From: Phycisphaerae bacterium
Lineage (GTDB): Bacteria > Planctomycetota > Phycisphaerae > Sedimentisphaerales > UBA12454
Length of the DNA stretch: 64,000 nt
Direction: 5' to 3'
Assembly: GCA_041478555.1 (NCBI GenBank)
Contig: JBGOWI010000004.1
Coordinates: forward strand, 1,401 to 65,400
Below are positions 39,740-48,157 of this stretch, one piece after another (within the stretch, counting starts at the first letter, position 1; every line of letters begins with the position of its first letter). The position numbers were made by a program, and so were the translations under genes. A model generated the notes under the pieces. The model did not search any database. It was not told where the DNA came from and was given only the letters and a program-made list of their open reading frames with translations.

Positions 39740-40156
39740 ATGCTCGTCCTTGTAAAAGCGAATATTCTGGCAGTGGGACTTGGAGGCAGAAGCAACGCTT
39801 TAAAAGGGTTGCCAATTCGAGTCTTGTTTATTCGCACCGGCTTAGAAGCCGGACGTTCTTTGAAAAATGAACATGTGGACAGTGTCATCAGCAACTGGGA
39901 CCTGCCTGATGCGCCGGATGGACAATTCCTGAGAAGGGCGCGATTGGCAAAACCTTATATGCCGGTTATTGCCATAGTCAACTCGAACGATGTAAGGCAG
40001 GAAATAGCAGCCCGGAGCATTGGAGCGGCGGCGGTATTGAGCAGCGATGTTCCAGATGAGGTATTCAGACAGACCGCTATCGGGGTCCTTGGACTTGGTG
40101 ATACTGAAGCAATCCAGGAAATCTGTGCTGTTGCTGACGATGAAGAGGAACGCTGA
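39740..40156 (+). CDS. CheY-like receiver-domain protein with a degenerate active site
   Basis: 138 aa. VISNWDLPDAPDG...PVIAIV...IGAAAVL matches receiver topology. The N-terminal acidic pair and the conserved Lys are not evident. Confidence 0.4.
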   Translation: MLVLVKANILAVGLGGRSNALKGLPIRVLFIRTGLEAGRSLKNEHVDSVISNWDLPDAPDGQFLRRARLAKPYMPVIAIVNSNDVRQEIAARSIGAAAVLSSDVPDEVFRQTAIGVLGLGDTEAIQEICAVADDEEER

Positions 40157-40276
40157 GCGTTTTTCGAATCGTTGTGTCGGATGTTAGCCAAGACCGAACA
40201 GGAAATAAAGGGCTTAACTCCTGACTCGCAGGGCACTGGTTATAGGGAGGGAGGAACAGAGAAAAGAAACAATAAC

Positions 40277-40750
40277 TTCTTCTCCTCCTCCAAAGGTGGG
40301 TTGTGACCGGACAGTGACAAATGGTTGCAACCCGCTGGAGAGCAAGCACGGCGTTGACCGTGATTATATAGGCTCAGGAAGTTTTCTCCTCCTCCCAAAT
40401 GAGTTGGGCTTGTGATCGGACAGTGAAAACGTCGGTTGCACAGCCCACTCGAGAGCAAGCACGGCATGGGACCGTGATAATTATAAAGGCTCACAAAGAG
40501 TTTTCTCCTCCTCCCACGAGAAGGGTTGTGGCTGGACAGTGATAATAAGGCTATCGACCCTCTCGAAAGCAAACACGCCTTAGGCGTGAGAAAATAGATT
40601 TTGCTTAAAAAATAATTCATCTTCTCATCTCCTCCCACGGAGTTAGGGTTGTAGACCGACGGTGAATAGCCCGGTTGCAACCCTTTGAGAAATACATGGT
40701 TCCGAACCATGTTTGGTGGCTTGCTAAGGTATGAAGCATCACCCAATGTA
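40277..40750 (+). ncRNA. Array of four tandem structured RNA modules with CU-rich heads (unassigned family)
   Basis: CU boxes at 40281, 40385, 40504 and 40629. Each is followed by a P2 hairpin (loop GAC(A/G)GUGA) and a P3 hairpin with compensatory changes. G-U pairs are valid only on the + strand. Confidence 0.6.
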
Positions 40751-40797
40751 GGCCCCGGCCAAGATCACTGTTCGGTCTTAGGTCGGGGCCAATTTTA
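40751..40797 (+). terminator. Intrinsic terminator closing the RNA array
   Basis: GGCCCCGGCC / GGTCGGGGCC 10-bp stem (40751-40760 / 40781-40790) followed by AAUUUUAU. Confidence 0.6.
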
Positions 40798-40888
40798 TGC
40801 GCATTTCAAAGCACCGGAATTCATTTCTAAAACAGTCACTAAAATAATTGCAATTTGCCGCTGACAGCCTAAAATTGACCTGTCCTGT

Positions 40889-42676
40889 ATGGATATGAAG
40901 ATGGGTGATATTGATTTGGAAAAATATTCGTCGGCATTTACCCTCTCCGATATGGAGATATTCGTATTTCCAGAGCTGATGTATTCACTACTGCTGGCAA
41001 ATATAATGAGCCCTGTTGTCTGGTCGTGGCGTGATGCGGACTGCTTCAAGAAACTTGAGGGCAAAGAACCATACAAAAAACTTATGCGGCTCAGACAATT
41101 CATTATGGATGAATTTGAGTTCAACCTCGATTTGCAGACCTGGGGGCTTACAAACAAAAATACAGAACTTAAAAGGTTTGAAAAATACCTTTCTCCGCAG
41201 GAAATCGCCAAGAGCAACGCCCTGTTCGGCTACGAAGGCGACACATACTATTTTGACGTGGATATACGAAAACATTTCGGCCTTGATAAATACAGCGGTG
41301 ATGTAATTCCATACTGGAAGACCGAAACAGTCGAGGCTATGCAGGCGTTTCGCCTCAAAGAAGGCTATAAAACCGGAGCCGGCGAATGTGTCTCGCTCTC
41401 GACTCTGTATGCTGCCGCGGCGTTTATCGTCTGCGGCGTGCCGCTCGAAGATATTTACATGGTTCTAACGCCGCTGCATTCACAGAATTTCATCGATATC
41501 GACGACGGCGTGATAACCAACAACAGAAGATTAGTTACCAAATCGATGTGGTTCAACGGCACAGAACTTTCAAATAAAGCCCAGAGAGCCTTGCGCAATG
41601 AACAGATAACCATCGTTGCGCACACAAGCGGTTTTGTCCACTGCCTTTATAAAGACGCTACAATCGACAAAAATCTGTACAGTGATTTTTGCGGCAAACT
41701 GGCCGGCTTTCTGCGGGCGGAACTGTCAACAGCCACGATGGTTAATTTCCTTCGAGCCAATCCAAATTATCAACAGCATTTTCAGTTCTGCCGAGATTGC
41801 CGGGGAAATATACAGTTCGTCAAGGCAGAAGACCTTTTTAACTATGAACATTTAAAGCCGGTGAAGGTTACCGACTGCACACATAAACAACTGCTTGAGG
41901 AAGTTTTCGACGGCGAATTCTCAAACGAGCCTTTCCCAAATCGAATCCAGTGCGAACAGTTCGCAGAATTCATCAAAAATAAAAAACCCGATATAAAAAC
42001 CGAAAATGGCAGAAAACACCTCGCCGGGCTTTTTGCAGATTATATGCCTTTGGATTCGACAGGCTCACCACGAGACGCTGAAAAATTTGTGGCAGAGCTT
42101 TATGATTTTCTGCATATTGAGCCGAAACTGCCCGCGAGAGAAAAAAAATATATTCCGAGCGAGCCAATTAAAATTTCAACAAGTTTATCAAGAGAGCAAA
42201 TTATTGACTATCTACAAAGACAAAGAGACGCCAATATTGTCGCTGACCTTGCATTTTACGCATACAGGGATATGGCGACTTGCGACTGGCGGCCGTTTAT
42301 CAAGGCGGCGATTGAACGAAGCCCGGTTTCAATTGAGGCGACGAAAGAAAAGAGTCTCGCGCAGTGCTTCGAATGGCTCAGCCAGATGCCGAATAAATCC
42401 ATATACGACGGGCAGCGAGGCGGGTTCGACAAGCTCACCGCTGGCTCACCACGGTTGAGCCAGCCGGATGAGGTTGCAAATTACAAAACCGCAGACGGGA
42501 TTGAAAAGGCGATAACGCTTGCTAATATACTACACGCAAGAGACTCGCAGAGTGAAATATCAATCAGGATTGATAAAAACAAAGTTATCGTTGAGGCAGG
42601 GAAACGTTTTGAATTTTCCAGTTCAAAACAATTCCAGAAAAATATATTGATAAAGGGCAGTGAATACAGGGTATAG
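40889..42676 (+). CDS. Hypothetical protein with a possible transglutaminase-like Cys-His-Asp core
   Basis: 595 aa. GAGECVSLSTLYAAAAFIVCGVPLEDIYMVLTPLHSQNFIDIDDG. Two short repeat insertions lie in frame. Confidence 0.4.
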   Translation: MDMKMGDIDLEKYSSAFTLSDMEIFVFPELMYSLLLANIMSPVVWSWRDADCFKKLEGKEPYKKLMRLRQFIMDEFEFNLDLQTWGLTNKNTELKRFEKYLSPQEIAKSNALFGYEGDTYYFDVDIRKHFGLDKYSGDVIPYWKTETVEAMQAFRLKEGYKTGAGECVSLSTLYAAAAFIVCGVPLEDIYMVLTPLHSQNFIDIDDGVITNNRRLVTKSMWFNGTELSNKAQRALRNEQITIVAHTSGFVHCLYKDATIDKNLYSDFCGKLAGFLRAELSTATMVNFLRANPNYQQHFQFCRDCRGNIQFVKAEDLFNYEHLKPVKVTDCTHKQLLEEVFDGEFSNEPFPNRIQCEQFAEFIKNKKPDIKTENGRKHLAGLFADYMPLDSTGSPRDAEKFVAELYDFLHIEPKLPAREKKYIPSEPIKISTSLSREQIIDYLQRQRDANIVADLAFYAYRDMATCDWRPFIKAAIERSPVSIEATKEKSLAQCFEWLSQMPNKSIYDGQRGGFDKLTAGSPRLSQPDEVANYKTADGIEKAITLANILHARDSQSEISIRIDKNKVIVEAGKRFEFSSSKQFQKNILIKGSEYRV

Positions 42677-42928
42677 CAGGCGAGAGGTTGCGTTAAACGG
42701 TTGCGGTTGCGATGCTCGTTTCGTATTACGTAATACGGTTACGTTTCCGCCAAAGGCGGAGAAAAATCAGTTGAGTTTGAAAAGAGGAAATATAGGGGTT
42801 AGGGTATAGGGTATAGGAACAAAGAAAAGAAAGTTTGACAAAAAGACTCGGCCGGTAGAGAATAAGAGGGATAGAATTTTGGCGAAACTGACGTAAATAG
42901 TAACAACTAAATAAAAAAGGAATAAAAA

Positions 42929-44104
42929 ATGTGTGCGAATAAGAACGTGACACTTGCAGCGGTGGGAATAATCTTACTGAGTATGATAACAATCACGGGC
43001 TGCACAGGGGCGGAAAAAATCGGCGATAAAAAAGCAGTACAGATTGATGAAAATGCAAAATTACAACAAGAGGCCGGACAGCTTAAAACTGAAAATGCTG
43101 TAATGGAAAAGGCTGTCAAGGCTTATGAAAAATCAGCAACAGATTTGAGGTGGGGAATTGGGATTATTACAGGATTAATCAGTTGTATACTCGCCTTGGC
43201 TATAGCGTTTGCGGTGTATGTAATATTCAAGGATAGACAGGAATATGAACTGGCTTTAAAACGGGCAGAAGATGCGGCCACGGAAACACAACAATGGAAA
43301 CAGAAGGCACAAGAAGCAGTTGCTGGTATTGACAAAGAAGTAGTAAAGATGAAAGAGATAGAGAACTGGGCCAAAGACCCGGCCAAAAAAGTGATTAGTA
43401 ACATACGTTACGAGACCGAAGCAGAACGCAAAAAGATTCAGGAAGAAGCAGAAATACAAAGAAAAATAAGCGAATTGTGGGCCGAAGGTCTGCGAGCAGC
43501 TTTGGAAGGCAGATATGAAGATTCCTGCAGGTGTTGGAATGCGATAGTTTCGATTAAGCCGGATAGACACGATGCCTGGAACGCCTGGGGCAATGCGCTT
43601 TTGGGTCAGGCTCGAGATGAAAAAGGTGCTAAGGCCGATAGATTATTTACAGAGGCATACGCCAAGTTTCAAAAGGCGGTAGAGATTAAGCCGGATATGC
43701 ACGCGGCTTGGTTTAACTGGGGCAATGCGCTTTCGGAACAGGCTAAAAATAAGGAAGGCGTTGAGGCCGACAGGTTGTTTGCCGAGGCATACACCAAATA
43801 TCAAAAGGCAGTAGAGATTAAGCCGGATAAGCACGATGCCTGGTATAACTGGGGCGATGCGCTTTTGGAGCAAGCTGAAAAGAAAGAAGGTTCTGAGGCT
43901 GATAAATTATATGCAGAAGCTTACGCCAAATATCAAAAGGCTGTAGAGATTAAGCCGGATATGTACAAAGCTTGGCATAACTGGGGCGTTGCGCTTTCGA
44001 GGCAGGCTGAAAAAAAAGAAGGCGATGAGAAACAAAAGCTTTTGCAGGAGGCAAAAGAAAAATTCTCAAAAGCGGAGCAAATAAAAAAAGGTGAAGGTGG
44101 ATAA
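42929..44104 (+). CDS. TPR-repeat lipoprotein with coiled-coil and TM segments
   Basis: Lipobox ITGC. Four ~40-aa repeats A(W)xNWGNAL...EAYAKYQKAVEIKPD. Confidence 0.7.
   Translation: MCANKNVTLAAVGIILLSMITITGCTGAEKIGDKKAVQIDENAKLQQEAGQLKTENAVMEKAVKAYEKSATDLRWGIGIITGLISCILALAIAFAVYVIFKDRQEYELALKRAEDAATETQQWKQKAQEAVAGIDKEVVKMKEIENWAKDPAKKVISNIRYETEAERKKIQEEAEIQRKISELWAEGLRAALEGRYEDSCRCWNAIVSIKPDRHDAWNAWGNALLGQARDEKGAKADRLFTEAYAKFQKAVEIKPDMHAAWFNWGNALSEQAKNKEGVEADRLFAEAYTKYQKAVEIKPDKHDAWYNWGDALLEQAEKKEGSEADKLYAEAYAKYQKAVEIKPDMYKAWHNWGVALSRQAEKKEGDEKQKLLQEAKEKFSKAEQIKKGEGG
43523..44083. repeat. About four tandem ~120-bp coding repeats (TPR-like units)
   Basis: Repeated GCCTGG..AACTGGGGCAATGCGCTTT...GTAGAGATTAAGCCGGATA blocks. 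Boundaries are approximate. Confidence 0.7.
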
Positions 44105-44142
44105 ACTCCGCCATAGGTGGATAAGTTTGTGGTTAAATTAAA

Positions 44143-46050
44143 ATGGAAGAAAAGAAAAATTTAACGCAAATTTTGGTGCGGGGGGTTGTCATCGGCGATG
44201 GGGCGATGGGGACGATGCTGTATTCAAAAGGGGTATTTGTAAATACATGCTTCGATGAGCTTAATTTAACAAATCCCGGACTTGTAAGAGAAATTCACCA
44301 GCAGTACGTCAATGCAGGGGCTGATTTTATCGAAACAAATACGTTCGGCGCAAATGAATTTAAACTCGCAAGATTCGGCCTGGCCGATAAGGTCCAGCAA
44401 ATAAACGCTGCTGCTGTGAAGATTGCAAAAGAAAGCGCCGCAGGTAATGCCCTCGTCGCAGGGGCTGTCGGACCATTGGGGATTGATATCGCGCAAGGCG
44501 GCAGGGTAAGCGAAAAAGAGATAATAAATGCGTTTGCAAATCAGATAAAAGCACTTTCGCAGGCGGGTTCGACAAGCTCACCGCAGGCTGATTTTATACT
44601 TTTGGAAACTTTCGGCAATTTAAAAGAAATTCTTTTAGCAATAAAGGCGGCAGGTGAGGTTTGCGAGCTTCCAATTGTCGCTCAAATGGCGATAAATGAA
44701 TACAAAGAAACTTTATACGGCGACAGACTCGAAACGGCGATGAAAAGCCTTTCAGAAATCGGGCAGGTGGATTCGACAGGCTCACCACAGGTTGTCGCGG
44801 TCGGTCTGAATTGTTCACTGGGGCCTGCGGCGATGTTAGAGAGCCTTGAAGTAATAAAGAAGGCGACGACGAAGCCGATTTCACTGCAGCCGAATGCCGG
44901 CCTGCCGAGGACTGTTGACGGCAGAACACTTTATATGTGCACACCTGAATATATGGCAGAATACGCCAAGAGATTTTACGAGAAAGGCGTAAAAATCATA
45001 GGCGGCTGCTGCGGCACAACGCCTGAACATATAAGACAGATTGTAAAAGCCGTAAGGCCGCTGGAAAAGGCGGTTCGGGCGAGACCTGCCGTAATCGAAG
45101 TAAAGCCGACGGTTAAACAGGCAGTAAGACAAAAACCGGCGGAGCTCAAGGATAAATCAAAACTCGGCGCAAAACTCGCCGCGGGACAGAAAATTATAAC
45201 GATAGAGATTTCGCCGCCGAAGGGAGCAGATGTCTCCGAGCTTCTGGAAAAAGTCCGTGTCTGCGAAAGGTGCGGAGCCGATTGCGTAAATATTCCTGAC
45301 GGGCCTCGCGCCAGCTCGCGATTAAGCGCAATGATAACCGCAATAAAAATCGAACAGAGCTGCGATATAGAAACGATTCTTCATTTTTGCTGCCGGGACA
45401 GGAATATAATAGCGATGCAGTCGGATTTGCTCGGGATACATACCGTAGGGCTTCGCAATGTTCTTGTAATAACGGGCGACCCGCCGAAGTTAGGCGAATA
45501 TCCGGATGCGACAGGAGTGTTCGACCTTGATTCGATAGCGCTGACGCGCGTCATCAGCGATTTAAACTGCGGGATTGATATAGCGGGCAATAGTTTTCCT
45601 TCGCCGACGTCGCTTGTTGTCGGGGTTGGTGCAAATCCTGTCGCAGCGGATTTGAAAAGAGAAATTGACAGATTTAAAAAGAAGGTCGAAGCAGGCGCCG
45701 AATTTGCCATAACCCAGCCGGTCTTCGATGCGGATAGTTTCCTGAGATTTCTCGACGTGACAAAAAACTGCCGAATACCCATAATTGCAGGAATCTGGCC
45801 GTTTACAAGCTTTAAAAATGCCGAGTTTATGGCAAACGAAGTGCCCGGCGTTTTTGTTCCGAAAAAAATTCTCGACAGGATGGCTCAAACAAAAGACGCC
45901 AAAGACAGCCGGCGGGCAGGCATTGAGATTGCAAGAGAACTTATGGAGCAGGTAAGCGATGTAACGGCTGGTTTTGCAATAAGTGCGCCATTCGGCAATG
46001 TAAAAATTGCCCTTGCTGCGGCAGGAAAAATTGAGATTGATAAGATTTAA
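44143..46050 (+). CDS. Bifunctional homocysteine S-methyltransferase / 5,10-methylenetetrahydrofolate reductase (YitJ-like)
   Basis: N-terminal GDGAMGTMLY and GGCCGTTPEHI (Zn site). C-terminal MTHFR-like half. Confidence 0.8.
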   Translation: MEEKKNLTQILVRGVVIGDGAMGTMLYSKGVFVNTCFDELNLTNPGLVREIHQQYVNAGADFIETNTFGANEFKLARFGLADKVQQINAAAVKIAKESAAGNALVAGAVGPLGIDIAQGGRVSEKEIINAFANQIKALSQAGSTSSPQADFILLETFGNLKEILLAIKAAGEVCELPIVAQMAINEYKETLYGDRLETAMKSLSEIGQVDSTGSPQVVAVGLNCSLGPAAMLESLEVIKKATTKPISLQPNAGLPRTVDGRTLYMCTPEYMAEYAKRFYEKGVKIIGGCCGTTPEHIRQIVKAVRPLEKAVRARPAVIEVKPTVKQAVRQKPAELKDKSKLGAKLAAGQKIITIEISPPKGADVSELLEKVRVCERCGADCVNIPDGPRASSRLSAMITAIKIEQSCDIETILHFCCRDRNIIAMQSDLLGIHTVGLRNVLVITGDPPKLGEYPDATGVFDLDSIALTRVISDLNCGIDIAGNSFPSPTSLVVGVGANPVAADLKREIDRFKKKVEAGAEFAITQPVFDADSFLRFLDVTKNCRIPIIAGIWPFTSFKNAEFMANEVPGVFVPKKILDRMAQTKDAKDSRRAGIEIARELMEQVSDVTAGFAISAPFGNVKIALAAAGKIEIDKI

Positions 46051-46069
46051 ACGGACAGGGAAGAGAAAT

Positions 46070-46681
46070 ATGGATAATCAGTTAAAAGTTACATTACTTT
46101 CGATTACGCCTGATGCCGAGAAACTCATTGAAGAGGCGGGCAGGACGTGTTATCTGAGCTTTGAGAAAATCGGCGCCGATTCGGCGAGGGATTTTATTCA
46201 AAAATTGATAAAAATGGGACATGATTCGCCGCTGGAACATGCCTGCGCGACATTCAGGATTGAAAACTGCTCGCGCGCAATGACGCATCAGCTCGTAAGA
46301 CATCGACTGATGAGCGTTTCACAGCAGTCGCAGCGGTATGTCGATGAGGAGAATTTTAGTTTTGTTGTTCCGCCGACAGTGCCAAAAGAGTTTCAGAAAG
46401 AATTCAGCGACGATATGGAAGCCATCAGACAGATGTATATCAAATGGCGGGACAAAGGACTTAAAAAGGAAGACGCCAGATTTGTTCTGCCCAATGCCTG
46501 CACAAGCGAAATAGTCGTAACGGCGAACTTCAGGGAATGGCGGCATATCATAAAACTGCGTACAAGCGCCACCGCTCAGTGGGAAATCAGGCTCGTCAGT
46601 ACGAAAATTTTAGAAATTCTCAAAGAACAGGCCCCGGCATGTTTCAGCGATATTGAGGCCGGTCGTGATATGGAGGAATAA
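46070..46681 (+). CDS. thyX: FAD-dependent thymidylate synthase
   Basis: ATG at 46070. ThyX motif RHRLMSVSQQSQRY. Confidence 0.9.
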   Translation: MDNQLKVTLLSITPDAEKLIEEAGRTCYLSFEKIGADSARDFIQKLIKMGHDSPLEHACATFRIENCSRAMTHQLVRHRLMSVSQQSQRYVDEENFSFVVPPTVPKEFQKEFSDDMEAIRQMYIKWRDKGLKKEDARFVLPNACTSEIVVTANFREWRHIIKLRTSATAQWEIRLVSTKILEILKEQAPACFSDIEAGRDMEE

Positions 46682-46725
46682 GACCCTGCCCCCCGTCTGC
46701 GCGAGGGTAAACTTCAATGGCAGAG

Positions 46726-47124
46726 CTAACCAACATCCTTATTTTTGAAGGAGGGGAATTCGAAGTTTTTTTCAAAGACTTCTTCAAAGTCGTAAACGTT
46801 TTTGAATTCGTCTATTGAATCCTGGGGCCGGGCATACATCCACTTGTGCTCGACCATAAGATATACGATTTGGCCGAAATCTTCAGTGGTTTTTAGTCCG
46901 AGCTGATTTAAAACGACCCCTGCCATTCTGCCCCATTTCTCGGCGGCAAATTCTGCAAGGCCAAGACAAAGCTGTCTTCCGGTAATGTGACGAGGGCCCC
47001 GGCTTGCGGCGTCATCGCCGTATTGTTTTTTTACGGTTCGGCCGAGACATTCGTGCACAAATTCAAACGCCCGAAGCGAATATCTACCGTCAAGTTTTGC
47101 AATTTCTTCAATACTTTTTTTCAC
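46726..47124 (-). CDS. Conserved-looking hypothetical protein
   Basis: 132-aa ORF MKKSIEEIAKLDGRYSLRAFEFVHE.... Family not confidently recognised. Confidence 0.45.
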   Translation of the reverse strand: MKKSIEEIAKLDGRYSLRAFEFVHECLGRTVKKQYGDDAASRGPRHITGRQLCLGLAEFAAEKWGRMAGVVLNQLGLKTTEDFGQIVYLMVEHKWMYARPQDSIDEFKNVYDFEEVFEKNFEFPSFKNKDVG

Positions 47125-47133
47125 AATTTACAT

Positions 47134-47165
47134 TTAGCCACAGAGCTCACAGAGAACACAGAGAA
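47134..47165. repeat. CACAGAG-type short repeat (TTAGCCACAGAGCTCACAGAGAACACAGAGAA)
   Basis: Direct reading. Related copies at 47656-47678, 48087-48157, 38712-38730 and 53985-53998. Confidence 0.8.
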
Positions 47166-47645
47166 TTATTTTATTATTTTATTTAAAAATTTATTTAGCG
47201 TCTTGTCGAGTCCTTTTCCATTCTTAATTTGGTTCAGGTCAATTTCAAGTATGGACTCATCAACAAGCTTTTGTTTTGTAGTTATTGTTCTTTTGATAAT
47301 CTTTATTTTTGCTGCACCCTTTTTCGTAAAAGCATCTATAGACAGGGAGAATAGCAGTTTGATAAAGTTGCATACAGCAGTTACAGAATTAAAAAAAGCA
47401 ATTATTTCCGGCCCACTTTCATGTTGTTCTAATATTATTTGTTCATTTTGGATATTTAGTATGGCAGAACCTTCATGTTCTATTGGTCCTTGCGGAGAAA
47501 TTTCATCATTTACCTTATCCCAAAGTCCTGACACACAATCGGAGCAACAGCAACGACTTGGGATAGGTTCAATTTTAAACTGTACGAGATTCCCCTTTTG
47601 AGGGTTATTTTTCACAAACTCTTCTATATTTATGCTTTTTTTCAT
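47166..47645 (-). CDS. A+T-rich orphan hypothetical protein
   Basis: 159-aa ORF bracketed by CACAGAG repeats. No family recognised. Confidence 0.35.
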   Translation of the reverse strand: MKKSINIEEFVKNNPQKGNLVQFKIEPIPSRCCCSDCVSGLWDKVNDEISPQGPIEHEGSAILNIQNEQIILEQHESGPEIIAFFNSVTAVCNFIKLLFSLSIDAFTKKGAAKIKIIKRTITTKQKLVDESILEIDLNQIKNGKGLDKTLNKFLNKIIK

Positions 47646-47655
47646 TATACTTTAT

Positions 47656-47678
47656 TTCTCTGTGTTCTCTGTGGCTAA
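47656..47678. repeat. CACAGAG-type short repeat, opposite orientation (TTCTCTGTGTTCTCTGTGGCTAA)
   Basis: Direct reading. Confidence 0.8.
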
Positions 47679-47710
47679 TAATTTATTATCTTTCTCTGTG
47701 GCTTTGGCTT

Positions 47711-48076
47711 TCATAAGGACACTCGTTTTACGCCATCTGTAAGTCTTTTTTCTCCAAAGTTTATTATCAGGCCTCTTTTAAGATTTGTTGCCTTGAGATA
47801 CGAAAGGGTTTGAGCCAATGCAACTTCAGGTGTTTTCGATAGAGATTTTATTTCCACAACAACCTCGTTTTCGATAAGCAAATCAAGTTTTTGGCCTTTG
47901 ATAATATGTCCTTTATAAATAATATAGCATTCAACCTGTTTTTGGTATTTGAGGCCTCTCAGACTGAATTCGAGGCACAAAGCTTCTTCATAGACAGATT
48001 CGAGTAATCCGGGGCCAAGTATATTATGTACTTCTATTGCTGCCCCGATAATTTTTTCTGTTAGTTCGTCAGTCAT
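47711..48076 (-). CDS. GxxExxY-family protein (PD-(D/E)xK-like)
   Basis: 121 aa. LGPGLLESVYEEAL (GxxExxY) ... DLLIENEVVVEIK. Confidence 0.75.
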   Translation of the reverse strand: MTDELTEKIIGAAIEVHNILGPGLLESVYEEALCLEFSLRGLKYQKQVECYIIYKGHIIKGQKLDLLIENEVVVEIKSLSKTPEVALAQTLSYLKATNLKRGLIINFGEKRLTDGVKRVSL

Positions 48077-48086
48077 TTAAATATTT

Positions 48087-48157
48087 CCCTCTGTGTCCTC
48101 TGTGCTCTCTGTGGCTAAAATATATATCTCTGTGTTCTCTGTGAGCTCTGTGGCTAA
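48087..48157. repeat. Two adjacent CACAGAG-type repeat copies
   Basis: CCCTCTGTGTCCTCTGTGCTCTCTGTGGCTAA and TCTCTGTGTTCTCTGTGAGCTCTGTGGCTAA. Confidence 0.8.

Noticed and set aside
40298-40333. ZTP (pfl) riboswitch, because GGGUUGUGACCGGAC resembles the GGGUCGUGACUGGCG start of that motif
   Set aside because: The rest of the ZTP consensus is absent, notably the 3' CCGCCUGGGC pseudoknot sub-domain. The resemblance is limited to ~12 nt, and no purine or folate gene follows.
40240-40746. 168-aa minus-strand ORF spanning the tandem array, with a repetitive ...LSLS.HNP... peptide
   Set aside because: Unit spacings of 104, 119 and ~121 nt are not multiples of 3, so successive units are read in different frames. 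The conserved features are RNA helices with compensatory and G-U pairs that are valid only on the + strand. There is no SD or start context.
40277-40750. CRISPR array
   Set aside because: The units are contiguous ~105-120-nt degenerate modules with no short identical repeats alternating with unique spacers. No cas genes are present in the window.
42052-42074. GGTTCGACA...-containing repeats considered as tRNA T-arm or tRNA fragments
   Set aside because: Only the GTTCGA core resembles a T-loop. No acceptor, D or anticodon arms can be drawn around any copy. No tRNA genes were recognised anywhere in the window.
44105-44142. SAM (S-box) riboswitch upstream of the YitJ-like gene, as in Bacillus yitJ
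   Set aside because: Only 38 nt separate it from the preceding gene, which is too short for the aptamer, and no S-box consensus is visible.
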